This document shows positions 19,865-29,847 of a DNA stretch of 64,000 bases, piece by piece. The notes under the pieces were generated by a model. The model searched no databases. It was given only the letters and a program-made list of their open reading frames with translations, and was not told where the DNA came from. Position numbers and translations under genes: made by a program. Origin of the DNA: Longimicrobiales bacterium. GTDB taxonomy: Bacteria; Gemmatimonadota; Gemmatimonadetes; Longimicrobiales; Gaopeijiaceae. The DNA lies in NCBI GenBank assembly GCA_965249725.1, contig CBDFMQ010000002.1, positions 2,208,001 through 2,272,000 on the forward strand, read 5' to 3'. The first letter of the stretch is position 1; each line of letters opens with the position of its first letter.

Positions 19865-21007
19865 TCAACGCACGGCGAACTTCTGTACGCGCCGGCCCGT
19901 CGACGCCTCGCCTACATAGATATTGCCGTGGGAATCGACGCTCATGCCGTGGGGGCGCAGGAACTGGCCCACCTGGCGGCCGCCTCTGCCGAAGTCACCC
20001 ACCACCTCCATGTCCGCCCGCCGAATGATCCAGACCTTGTGGTTCGTACCGTCCGCCAGATAGAGCCACTCCTGCTGCGCATCGGGCGAAAATCCGATCA
20101 CGAAGGCCGACCCAGACGCACGCGTGAGCGGTGCGATGATCGTCTCATTCAGGTAAGTGCCGTCCTGCTCGAACACCTGGATGCGGTTCCCCCTCCGGTC
20201 CGCGACGTAGATCAAGCCGTCGTTCGATCCGATGAGCCCATGCACCGTTGAGAATTCGCGGGGCGGCGGTCCGTTCGGATCGCGATCCCCGAAGTCGTAA
20301 TCGTCGTCGGGCGCCTCGCCGTACGCTCCCCAGTGGCGGAGGTAGTTGCCGGTGTCGCCTTCGAAGACCACCACCCGGCGATTCCGGTAGCCGTCGGCGA
20401 CGTACACCTCATTGGTCTCCGGGTCCACCCAGATACCAGCCGGTCCTCCGAGGAGATCAGGATCGTTGCTCCCCGAATTCACGTCGTACTCACCCAGGGT
20501 CATCACCAGCTCACCCGTACGCGTGAACTTCATGACCCGGTGGTGCCGATAGGTACCGACCCAGACGAAGTCGTTGTGATCGACGAACAACCCGTGCGCG
20601 TTCCTGGGGAACTCCGAGACGTCCTGCGTGGCCGGATCTCCCCATCCCTGCACGACGTTCCCTGATGCGTCGAACTCGATTACGACGGGGGCAGGCACGC
20701 AGCAAGTCCCCAGAGGCGGGTCCTGCACGGCGGACGTCTCTTCCGGCGTGAGCGTCTCCGGGAGGTGCGTCACCCAAACATGGTCCGAAGCGTCGACAAA
20801 GACGGCGGTCACGGCTCCCATGATCCACTTGTCAGGCATCTTCCGGGGCCAAGAGGGGTCGACCTCGAAGGTCGGCACAGCCCCGTCGGTGGCGGAGGCC
20901 ATGGCGCCCGCATCCCCCGACTCCGAACCACACGCCCCGAGCGCCGGCAGGATCGCCAGCAGCAATAGGACCGCGAAGGCGGGCGGGGCGTCAGGAAATC
21001 TCTTCAC
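19865..21007 (-). CDS. NHL-repeat six-bladed beta-propeller lipoprotein (PAL-like)
   Basis: GGAGGAG RBS before GTG; lipobox LGAC; YVADGYRNRRV, IYVADRRGNRIQVF, GQFLRPHG. Confidence 0.85.
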   Translation of the reverse strand: MKRFPDAPPAFAVLLLLAILPALGACGSESGDAGAMASATDGAVPTFEVDPSWPRKMPDKWIMGAVTAVFVDASDHVWVTHLPETLTPEETSAVQDPPLGTCCVPAPVVIEFDASGNVVQGWGDPATQDVSEFPRNAHGLFVDHNDFVWVGTYRHHRVMKFTRTGELVMTLGEYDVNSGSNDPDLLGGPAGIWVDPETNEVYVADGYRNRRVVVFEGDTGNYLRHWGAYGEAPDDDYDFGDRDPNGPPPREFSTVHGLIGSNDGLIYVADRRGNRIQVFEQDGTYLNETIIAPLTRASGSAFVIGFSPDAQQEWLYLADGTNHKVWIIRRADMEVVGDFGRGGRQVGQFLRPHGMSVDSHGNIYVGEASTGRRVQKFAVR

Positions 21008-21056
21008 TTCTCCTCCAGCGTGGCCCAGCACTGCGCCGGGCCTGACGGGTGACGGC

Positions 21057-21848
21057 CTACGCTTGCTCCGCCTTCTCGGCCGTCATCAGGACGGCCTTCA
21101 CTCCGTAGGCTTCGGCGGAGTTCTGTGTCGATTGCTTCCGGAACCGGAAGCGGGGAACCACCGCCGACTTTACGCGGCTGAACCCGGACTCTTCCAAGAG
21201 CCTGAACATCTCTCCTTCCAGGAGAGCGCCTCCGATTCAGGCAGCCCAGAGTTTGGGGTCGTTGACGATGTCCTGTGAGAGCTGTTTACCGCTGACGATG
21301 TCCGTTATGGAGATGCGCCCTCCGGGTCGCAGAACCCGGAACATCTCCTCCATCACCCGGCGCTTTCGAAACGACAAGTTGATGACCCCGTTGGAGATGA
21401 CCACGTCCACCGAGGCTTCGGGCAGTGGGATTTCCTCCATCCGACCTTCGTGGCACTCCATCTCCGAACCGGTGGCCGCGACATGAGCCTCGGCCTTCCG
21501 GCACATGGAGGGATTGAGATCGATACCGATCACCTTGCCCGTGGGCCCGACGCCCCAGGACGAGATGATGGAGTCGAGTCCGGCGCCGCTCCCCAGGTCC
21601 AGGACTGTCTCGCCTGGCTGGAGGTTGCTGCGAAGATGTGGGTTGCCGACTCCGGCGAAGGAGTCGACGGCTCCGGGGGGAGCCTGGTCGAGCCAGGCAG
21701 CGGGGTAGTCGAAGAGCTCGGCCGCTTGCCGGCCGTGAAAGAAATGGAACTCGCCTTCCGGATTGTCCGCCACATCCTGGTACATGCGGACGATCTCGTC
21801 CTTCAGGAATCCCTCGAGTGAGGCTTGGGCTTCGGCAGCGTCTGACAT
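21057..21848 (-). CDS. ArsM-like SAM-dependent methyltransferase, candidate selenoprotein (Sec codon 21237-21239)
   Basis: VLDLGSGAGLD, VLRPGGR; readthrough gives LWAA-U-IGGAL and 59 more codons to TAG at 21057-21059. Confidence 0.88.
21210..21226 (-). promoter_or_regulatory. Candidate bacterial SECIS hairpin
   Basis: CTCTCCT-GGA-AGGAGAG on the minus strand, 10 nt after the in-frame TGA. Confidence 0.7.
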
Positions 21849-22045
21849 GGCGGTCCCTACAGGTCTAGAGCGGGCAATGGTGCACGCCACCCTACAATTC
21901 GGCCTGCCCGGGAGCAAGCTGCCAGCGCACGGGCCCATCTGTGCTCGCGGCGCCCACTGCGTCGATGCACTGGCGCTTGGAGTATCAGACGGCCGATCTT
22001 CTCCGCAGTCCCCGTGAGTAGGCACTCGACTTCACAGACAGTGAC

Positions 22046-23269
22046 ATGGCACGAGATCAGGACAAGCGACTAGCGGACAAGCGACTAGCGGACAAGCGAC
22101 TGGCGGACAAGCGACTGGCGGACAAGCGAAACGACGAGCAAGCGGACGCGACCGTACTGGCGCAGGCCGGCCATTCGTTCGATGAAGCGACGGGTGCGCT
22201 GGTCCCGCCGCTCTACATGTCGACCACGTTCGGTCGCGATTCCGACAACGAGCTGATCGGAGATTACCTCTACTCACGCTACCAGAATCCTACCGTGGAG
22301 CATGCGGAGGGGCTTCTGGCCGGGCTCGACGGGGGCGCGGACGCCATGCTGTTCGCTTCCGGACTGGCCGCGGTTGCCGCCGTTTTCGAGACCGTCGAGA
22401 GCGGAGGGCGTGTGGTCGCGCCCACCATCATGTATCACGGTGCCCAGGACTGGCTCTACCGGATCGAGAGTCGCCGGGGGATCGGCCTGACCCTGTTCGA
22501 CGCCACGGACCCCGACGCGCTCTCCCGGGCTCTGCAAGACGGCGAGACCTCGATCGTCTGGATCGAAACGCCCGTCAATCCGACGTGGGACGTCATCGAC
22601 ATCCGGGCCGCAGCGGATCTCGCGCACGCCGCGGGGGCGATCTTGGCCGTCGATAGCACCGTCGCGTCGCCCATTACGACACGAGCGCTCGAGCTCGGTG
22701 CCGATCTCGTGTTCCACTCGGCCACGAAATACATGAACGGGCATTCGGACATCTTGGCGGGAGTCCTCATCACGCCCGAGGTGAACGAACTGTGGGAAGA
22801 GCTCCAGCTGATCCGGAAACTCAGTGGTGGAGTGTTGGGCGCACACGACGCCTGGATGCTCATCCGCGGCCTACGTACGCTGCCCCTGCGCTTCGAGCGC
22901 GCCTCGACGAGCGCACTCGCGATCGCCCGTCATCTCGAGGGACACCCCAATCTGGAGGCCGTGCTCTACCCCGGGCTCGAGAGCCACCCCGGCCACGAAG
23001 TGGCCCGGCGCCAAATGACGAACGGATACGGCGCCCTCATGTCGATCCTGGTGAAGGGCGGCGCCGAAGAGGCCCTGGCCCTGACCGGCCGCCTGCGTGT
23101 CTTCCTGCGCGCGACTTCGCTCGGCGGCGTGGAGAGTCTCGTGGAGCATCGGGCCTCTGTGGAGGGTCCTCACAGTCAGGTGCCGCCCAACCTGGTACGG
23201 CTCTCGATCGGCATCGAGGACCCGGCAGACCTGATCGCGGACCTGGACCGGGCGTTGTCCGGGGACTAA
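22046..23269 (+). CDS. Cys/Met metabolism PLP-dependent enzyme (cystathionine gamma-synthase/lyase family)
   Basis: YSRYQNPT, FASGLAA, ETPVNP, HSATKYMNGHSD, ATSLGGVESL, RLSIGIE. Confidence 0.92.
   Translation: MARDQDKRLADKRLADKRLADKRLADKRNDEQADATVLAQAGHSFDEATGALVPPLYMSTTFGRDSDNELIGDYLYSRYQNPTVEHAEGLLAGLDGGADAMLFASGLAAVAAVFETVESGGRVVAPTIMYHGAQDWLYRIESRRGIGLTLFDATDPDALSRALQDGETSIVWIETPVNPTWDVIDIRAAADLAHAAGAILAVDSTVASPITTRALELGADLVFHSATKYMNGHSDILAGVLITPEVNELWEELQLIRKLSGGVLGAHDAWMLIRGLRTLPLRFERASTSALAIARHLEGHPNLEAVLYPGLESHPGHEVARRQMTNGYGALMSILVKGGAEEALALTGRLRVFLRATSLGGVESLVEHRASVEGPHSQVPPNLVRLSIGIEDPADLIADLDRALSGD
22061..22129 (+). repeat. 15-nt coding tandem repeat (GACAAGCGACTRGCG x4.6) encoding DKRLA
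   Basis: Units start at 22061, 22076, 22091 and 22106, with a partial unit at 22121. Confidence 0.95.
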
Positions 23270-23270
23270 C

Positions 23271-23483
23271 TCAGGGCGCTCGCCAGACGGCCCTTCCCCC
23301 GACCATCACGAATCGCACGGCTTGCAGCGCTTCGATCTCCTGGGTGGGGTCGCCCTCTACCGCGATGATGTCGGCCAACCAGCCGACGCCGATGGTGCTC
23401 GGCGCTTGCGCGACGAGATTGGACGGGGGAAGGATGACAGCAAACGCTAAGAGTGCGGTGATCCACGAGATACATATGCGCAT
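23271..23483 (-). pseudogene. Internally deleted amidohydrolase remnant
   Basis: Signal peptide joined directly to the C-terminal motif TIGVGWLADIIAVEGDP...VRFVMVGG; the TIM-barrel core is missing. Confidence 0.7.
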
Positions 23484-23609
23484 TGGTACCTGTTGCCCTG
23501 AGAATGTCTCGTCCGGAATCGGGGGATAGCGGTCTATCCCCCCAAGCCCGGACAGCCATCCACGATAATACGTTGAGACGGCAAAGGGGCAGTGGGGGAG
23601 CCCTATCCC

Positions 23610-24837
23610 TCAGCGTATCGTCACCGGCACCGTTGCGTCTGCCCCACCCAGCGTGATGATGCAGATCGGACCTGTCGTTCCGGTGCATGGCCCGCCCCAC
23701 GTCAGACGATCATCAGGTGGAGCGGGGATCACACTGAGCGTGACCCCTGCGCCGATCGCGAAGGGAGCACTGGCGGAGGTACACTGCGGGCCGCAACTGA
23801 TCCGCGGAGGTTGGGGCGCGATCGCTGCGAATACGCCGGTTTCCGCACCGGGCCCCGCGGCCTGCCTCGACACGCTCACCGTCAGCGATACGGTCCCGGC
23901 AAACTGTCCATCGACGGTCCGGTCTCGGTTCATCGTAATCTGGCAGGTCGTGCTCGACTCCCCCGCGCAGGCCTCGCCCCACCCACCAAACGTGAATCCG
24001 TCGAGCGCCCCGGCGGTCAGGGTCACCGATTCGGTCAAGTCCCGAGTTGTGTGTAAAAGTGAGAGGAAGCTCCGATTCACCACCATCGACCACTGCTGAG
24101 CACGCGCCCGGACAGTCGATCCCGTGGCTAATAGCCGTCACCGACCCACCGGTGTTGACGGTGACCGTCAGATCGTGCACGGTGGTAAACGTGGCCGTCA
24201 CCGCACGCACGCCCGCAACCGCGAGTGCGCACGTTGCGGATTCCCGGAACTCACAGTCCCCACTCCATCCACCGAACCGCGACCCGAAGCTTGGCGTCGC
24301 GCGGAGCACCACGGGTCTCCCGCCCCGGTGCACTTCACACCGGACACCCTCGTCGGCAGCACAGCCCTGAATCGGACTGGCGGACGACGCCACATTCCCG
24401 CTGCCCGTCCCGGCCCTGCTGATCTCGAGCGTCCCGGTCGCGTCCACGGGGGCAACCGAGAATCCCGCATAGACGGTGTCGTGCTGGCCCGTGGTCATGT
24501 AGAACCGGCAGGTCTCGCCAGTCTCGTCGTCGCACTGTTGTGCCCAACCGCCGAACGAGCTGTTGCCGAGCGCGCTCGCCCTCATGTGCAGAGCGCCTCC
24601 TGGAACGCTCTCGCGCTCGTGTGTCAGTGTCACGCACGTGCTCGGACACTCGAGGTCTATTTCGGGCACGGTGACGGCTCCGCTGCCTTTACCAACCTTG
24701 ATGAGAGTGAGTGCAGGCCCTCCGTGGTCACAAGCCGTCAGGGGCAACAAGGCCAGGAAGAGGGTAAGGGTTGTCCGCCTGACTGCAACATGAGGCGAAC
24801 GCGTTTCTGATGGGGGGGCTCCAGTGCGCACGTCCAC
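23610..24837 (-). CDS. Lipoprotein with divergent InlB B-repeat-like domains, frameshifted near 24050-24086
   Basis: Lipobox LTAC; repeated GxGSGxV...C...F.GW.G.C...C...V.A.F units continuing in a second frame. Confidence 0.7.
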
Positions 24838-25071
24838 GGTGATTCTCCCTCCGAACAACGACGGGTAACTCCCACTCCCGATCCGCACCCAAAGCTTGGT
24901 AATGATATGGATCGGAGCCCGAAAGGGTGTCAAGGATTGCGATCCTCCCTCATGCGAGATCCTTCAAGTGTCACCCCTCCCGGGGCCCGTTGTCCTCAGG
25001 GATTCGCTCCTCCGGGCGACACGCTCAGAGCGCGCCGGACCGTCCCTGCCTTCTCCGACGACACGACCACG

Positions 25072-25093
25072 ACGGATAGGCGATCCAAACGCG
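25072..25093 (-). mobile_element. oriIS-like end of an IS91/ISCR-type element (copy 1)
   Basis: Minus strand CGCGTTTGGATCGCCTATCCGT, about 190 nt downstream of the transposase C-terminus; resembles recalled ISCR oriIS ends (G.G.TTG...CCTAT.C); exact copy at 44294. Confidence 0.6.
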
Positions 25094-25282
25094 CTTTTTG
25101 AGTCCGGCACCCTGCTTGAGCGAGGCGAGATCCTCCCCTTGCAAGGCTGACCTCAGGCTAAGATGAACGCTCGTCGTCCGGCCATGCAAGGATCGGACGA
25201 TCGGATGCGTGGATGGGCAGGAGATGGTGAACGGATCCGACCCCGCGTGGGGGACGGCAGGTCCGTGGTCCGTCGGGCAGGT

Positions 25283-25574
25283 CACAGTCGGGTAGGGACT
25301 GATCGAATTCGAATTCCGGAATGGGTTCCGGATCGGTGGGGTCGAATTCGTCGGTCTGATCGAACGCGAACAGGCCCTGGGGTGGCGCCCGAGCGGGAGA
25401 CAGTGGAGGGGGTCGGGTGGGGAGATCGAGATAGGACAGAATGGAGCGAACGGGAACGGGATCGGTGACGAAGGCGATGATGCTCATCGAAGCACCGCAA
25501 GACGGGCAGACGAGAGGCAGCACGTCGTAGATACGCGCGATGAGGGAGGCCCAGCGCGAGACCAGTGACGAGCG
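25283..25574 (-). mobile_element. IS91-family transposase, C-terminal fragment
   Basis: RWASLIARIYDVLPLVCPSCGASMSIIAFVTDP...ILSYLDLP...PARAPP. Confidence 0.85.
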
Positions 25575-25615
25575 GCCCTGAGGGCGACTCCTGTTCAGGC
25601 GAGCATCCGAGCGTC

Positions 25616-26553
25616 TCAGTTGATGACCATCGTGACGTTCTGGAACCACGCCTCAGGCTCATGGAGGCCCACGGGCGTGGCGCCCATCCGTTCGGATGCC
25701 ATCCGTTGATGTCGGCGCCCCGCGGCTGGCGATCCGAGCCTTGCTCGATGAAGTCACCGTCGTTCAGGTGCCAACCCGGCATGTGCTCGAGCCACTCATG
25801 CGGCGGGATGCGTCCCATGCGGGGCCGTGCCGTCGGCGGCCCCGCGATCGTGCCATACCCCCAACCTACCAGCGACAGCTCGCCCTGGTATCTGGACGGA
25901 TCTCCACCGGTCGCGCCGAAGGCGTCGAAGAAGAGGAGCAGCGGGCCGTCGAGCCGGGGCGCCAGGCTGCTCCCCGTGGGATTGGCCACGATAACACCGA
26001 CCCCCTGAAGCTGCACGAAATGATGGGGGAGCGTCGTGTACCCGGCGGCCCCGACATCGGACCAGCTTCGGATGCCCCCGTACCGTAGGAGCACCGCACG
26101 CTGTGCCGCGATCAGGTCCGGCTCGGCACCCCCCGGGCAGCCGACCTGGAAGGCCTCCCCCCGCGGAGACCGACGCGCCTCGTTGCCGCTCGGCCCGACG
26201 ACGCTCCACTCCTGGAGGATTACGCGCCCGTGCTCGAAGCGGTCGTCTGCGGTTCGTGCGGTCCACACCTGTGGATCGCTCCCACTCCGCGTCGCCGAGA
26301 TCACGTTCGTCGGTGAGTCCCCGGCGAACCCCCGCGGCATCTGCCAACTGTAGCGCACATCGACGGAATACCCGGCGCCGAGCGCCGTGTCGCCCTGGGA
26401 GATACGTGCCCGGAACTGGTAGAGACCGGACACGACCTCCATCCCCGTCGATGCGTTGATTCGAAGCGGGTTCGCGTTGCCCCACGTACCTGGGCACGCC
26501 GCGAAAACGAACATCGAGGCCAGCGAGGCGAGAGCGCCGAATCGAGGCGTCAC
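25616..26553 (-). CDS. Hypothetical lipoprotein, 3' end probably disrupted
   Basis: Strong GGAGGAGG RBS before GTG and lipobox FAAC; the called ORF runs on through the IS91 remnant, so its true end is uncertain. Confidence 0.5.
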
Positions 26554-26781
26554 GGTGCTTACCTCCTCCGTTCTTGGACAAGGGGGGGCAGACCGAGCGT
26601 ACGGCTGCAGGCCACGGCTGGCGAACCGCTGCTCGACTTGGACAGGCTTCTCGACGGGGCGTACTCTGTCTGACAGTACGTGCAGATCACGTCGCAGCTC
26701 TTCGGCCTACTCTGGTTCGGGCTCTGGTGAAGCGCGCGTGGAGTGATCGGCCGCGGGTCGCCCGGCGGAGGGGGCCGCATC

Positions 26782-26925
26782 ATGACGCCCCTCGCCCTCA
26801 CCCTCATGCTGACCAGCATGGGTCTGGTTACGGCCCTCGAGATCTACTGCCTGTGGGGACTGCTGTCGCCGATGCGGGACCCAGCCTCCGGTGAGCCCGG
26901 CAAGACCCACGAGGAGACCGAGTAG
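26782..26925 (+). CDS. Small single-TM protein
   Basis: GGAGG RBS; MTPLALTLMLTSMGLVTALEIYCLWGLL hydrophobic stretch. Confidence 0.4.
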   Translation: MTPLALTLMLTSMGLVTALEIYCLWGLLSPMRDPASGEPGKTHEETE

Positions 26926-26974
26926 GGCCTGTACCGATAGGCGTCAGCACAGAGCACCCCCTCGAGAACAACTT

Positions 26975-27676
26975 TCAGGTCTCCGTATTGTAGATCCGGA
27001 CCTCGCGCACCACGGCAGCAGGAGACAGCCGGAGCAGGAAGACCACTGCCTCGGCCACGTCGGCGGGGCGTATCATCTTCGGGCGCTCGGGGTCGTCCCC
27101 GTGCATCCTTGTGTCGACCTTGCCTGGGCAGACCGAGGAGACGCTCACGCCGAAGCGGGCCGCCGCCTCCCGGAGACTGTCGGAGAGCGCGATCAAGCCG
27201 CCCTTGGACGCGCAGTAGGCGCCGAATCCTTTTTGTCCTTCCCTTCCACCTAACGAGGCGATGTTGACGATCGCACCGCGACGGGCTTTGCGCATGAGCA
27301 GGAGACCGTGACGGGCAACGAGGGCCGGGCCAATCAGATTGACCCGGAGCATCTCTTCGAAGTGGGCCTGATCGGCCTTCACCAACAGCCGCGGCTCGCA
27401 GATGCCGGCCGCATTGACGAGGACGTCGAGATCGTCGTAAGCGTCGCGAAATCCGTCGAACAGGCTCGCGATCGATTTCTCGTCGGCCAGGTCGCAGAGA
27501 AAACCGCGAGCGTCCACCCCGGACTCGCGCAGCTCGCGGATGACATCTTCAAGCCGCTCCTCGGTCCGGCCGGTGATCGCCACCCGATACTCAAGCTGCC
27601 CGAGCCTGGACGCAACCGCCCGCCCTATGTCCCCTGAGCCTCCGACGACGAACGCTACCTGAGGCCTCTCGCTCAT
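26975..27676 (-). CDS. SDR family oxidoreductase
   Basis: GGSGDIG, VNAAG, NIAS, YCASK. Confidence 0.92.
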   Translation of the reverse strand: MSERPQVAFVVGGSGDIGRAVASRLGQLEYRVAITGRTEERLEDVIRELRESGVDARGFLCDLADEKSIASLFDGFRDAYDDLDVLVNAAGICEPRLLVKADQAHFEEMLRVNLIGPALVARHGLLLMRKARRGAIVNIASLGGREGQKGFGAYCASKGGLIALSDSLREAAARFGVSVSSVCPGKVDTRMHGDDPERPKMIRPADVAEAVVFLLRLSPAAVVREVRIYNTET

Positions 27677-29250
27677 GACTCGGCTAACGACACAAGCTCT
27701 CGCCGCAGTACTTTGCCCGTCGCGTTGCGCGGGATCTGATCGAGGATTGTGATGCGGCGTGGGACGGCGCAGGCAGGGAGTCGGTCGAGGCAGCGCCTGT
27801 GCAGGGTCGTGACGTCGACGTCGCTGGGCGATTCCGCGACGACGAAGACATTGACGACCTGCCCTTTTCGAGGATCCGGCACTCCGACGGCGGCGGCCTC
27901 GCTCACGGAGGGGTCGGACAGCAGCACTTCCTCAATCTGAAACGGGTAGAACTTCTCTCCGGCGATGTTGATCTGGTCATCGACGCGGTCGAGCAGGTAG
28001 AGGTAGCCGGGCTCGTCCATGTAGCCGATGTCCCCCGTGCGCAGCCAGCTCCCATAGAAGCGCTGCGCGTCGATCTCCGGCGCCTCGAAGTAGCTTGAGA
28101 TCACGTTGGGCCCCCGCGCACAGACCTCGCCCCTTTCGCCCGTCGGCACGTCGTGTCCGTCGGCATCAGCGATCCGGATACTGACCCCGGGATGCACCCG
28201 GCCTACCGATGCCTCGCGATCCGCAATATCGGTCTCCCCCTGGCACGTCAGCGCAGAACTGGTCTCGGTCATCCCGTAGCAATTATAGCGGGCAGCGTCC
28301 GGGAAGTGTTCACCTAGTGAACGGATCACCGACGGCGGAGTCGGTGCCGCACCGTAGATGATCGTGTCGAGGCTCGACAAGTCGTATCGGTTGGCCCAAT
28401 GCTCTGATGCGAGCTGCCGCATGAAGGCCGGGGTGCCCATGAGCGCCGTCGCCCGGTGGCGCTCGATCGCTTCGGTGACCGCATGGATCGAGAGACGAGT
28501 TTGTACAACGGTCGCGCCGAGCCGGCGGTGGGCACCGAGAACCAACGGGTTGTACACCACGTGGAAGAACGGCGCGGCCATCAGGCTGATCGTCTGCTCG
28601 TCGAACGACCAGCGTTCCGCCCATGCGTCGACCCCGAACATGACCTGCGCCTGGCTCAGGAGTACGCCCTTCGGAATACCCGTCGTACCCGACGTGAAAA
28701 ACAGAAGCGCCGGATCAGCGGCGGAGCTTTCATCCGTCGCGGCGAGCGGCGGTACCTGATGGAGTGCGGCCACACGCAGGTCCACCGACTGTACGGCTCG
28801 ACGCGACCCGAGGGCGCTGCCGTTCTCGTTCACTACGACGAGCGTCACCGCTTGCTCTGCGGGCTGGTCGAGGTCGGGGAGTGCCGCGATCAGCGACTCG
28901 GTTCCGATCAAGCAGACCGCGGCAGATTTCTGCAGTATGTAGCTTACGAGATGACCGCCGATGTGTGCGTTGATCGGTACGATCACTGCCCCGAGAAGCG
29001 CCAGTGCATAATGGGCCGTCACGAAGGTTTCCCCATTCGGGAGCAGCAGCGCGACCCGGTCGCCCCGGCCCACACCGCCGTCGGCGAGATACGAGGCCAT
29101 GCGACGGGATCGGTCGGCAATCTCTCGGAAGCTCAGGACCTGGTCGTCGACGTAGAGGCCCGGACGATCTCCGGCCTCGCGTTCGGCTTCCAGAAGTATC
29201 GATGCGATCGTGCCGTCCGGTCGGCTCCCGGTGCGCTGCATGATGGACAC
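27673..29250 (-). CDS. Acyl-CoA synthetase / AMP-binding ligase
   Basis: FTSGTTGIPKG, YGMTET, TGDIG, GVPDPRKG, TGKVLR. Confidence 0.92.
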   Translation of the reverse strand: MSIMQRTGSRPDGTIASILLEAEREAGDRPGLYVDDQVLSFREIADRSRRMASYLADGGVGRGDRVALLLPNGETFVTAHYALALLGAVIVPINAHIGGHLVSYILQKSAAVCLIGTESLIAALPDLDQPAEQAVTLVVVNENGSALGSRRAVQSVDLRVAALHQVPPLAATDESSAADPALLFFTSGTTGIPKGVLLSQAQVMFGVDAWAERWSFDEQTISLMAAPFFHVVYNPLVLGAHRRLGATVVQTRLSIHAVTEAIERHRATALMGTPAFMRQLASEHWANRYDLSSLDTIIYGAAPTPPSVIRSLGEHFPDAARYNCYGMTETSSALTCQGETDIADREASVGRVHPGVSIRIADADGHDVPTGERGEVCARGPNVISSYFEAPEIDAQRFYGSWLRTGDIGYMDEPGYLYLLDRVDDQINIAGEKFYPFQIEEVLLSDPSVSEAAAVGVPDPRKGQVVNVFVVAESPSDVDVTTLHRRCLDRLPACAVPRRITILDQIPRNATGKVLRRELVSLAES

Positions 29251-29333
29251 CTACCCGCTAGCCGTTGAAATCGGTGAACCGCGTGCTCGGGACACGGGAG
29301 GGCGCGCTTCCATGCGTCGACCGCACTCGGGTG

Positions 29334-29813
29334 TCAGCTAGTCCTGAGGGGGATCTGGACAACCTTGGGCGGATAACATACGGATGTGCGGTCGTTGCAG
29401 ATCTGATACCGGAGACTTGCTGATGTCTCCGACGTGCCCACCGGAGCGGGCACCAAACGAAATCGGAATTCGGTGCGACCCCGCAGGACCTGTGCCCGGA
29501 AGTCCTCGTCCCGCACGCCAGCCGGTCTGGACAGTTCTTCAATTCTGACCCCCGCCTCTTCGAGCGCAGGGAACGAAAAGGTGAACGGAATCAAGAACCC
29601 ATCGTCCCCCTTGTCGAGGTAGCCGTGATGATTCGGCGGGACCTCAACCCGGATGCTGAACGTGACCCCATCGGTGTCTGTCGAGAAGCTGCCGGGCACG
29701 ACCCCGGCAACGATGACGGGGACCTGGCCCCTGGCCCGCGACTGCGCGGCGACCGACCAAGGTACACCTACCAACAGCATGGATAGCTGAAGAATCGCTA
29801 ATCGTGCCGTCAT
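29334..29813 (-). CDS. Secreted DsbD N-terminal (alpha)-like domain protein
   Basis: Signal peptide; HHGY motif and C-terminal YQICNDRTSVCYPP Cys pair. Confidence 0.75.
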   Translation of the reverse strand: MTARLAILQLSMLLVGVPWSVAAQSRARGQVPVIVAGVVPGSFSTDTDGVTFSIRVEVPPNHHGYLDKGDDGFLIPFTFSFPALEEAGVRIEELSRPAGVRDEDFRAQVLRGRTEFRFRLVPAPVGTSETSASLRYQICNDRTSVCYPPKVVQIPLRTS

Positions 29814-29847
29814 GCCACGCACCTCCCTACCGATTGCGATGTCTCCG

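Noticed and set aside
21850..22045. SAM riboswitch upstream of the Cys/Met PLP enzyme
   Set aside because: No recognisable SAM-I or SAM-II core motifs by eye
22061..22129. CRISPR-like repeats
   Set aside because: Units are contiguous with no spacers, lie in a coding frame, and no cas genes are present
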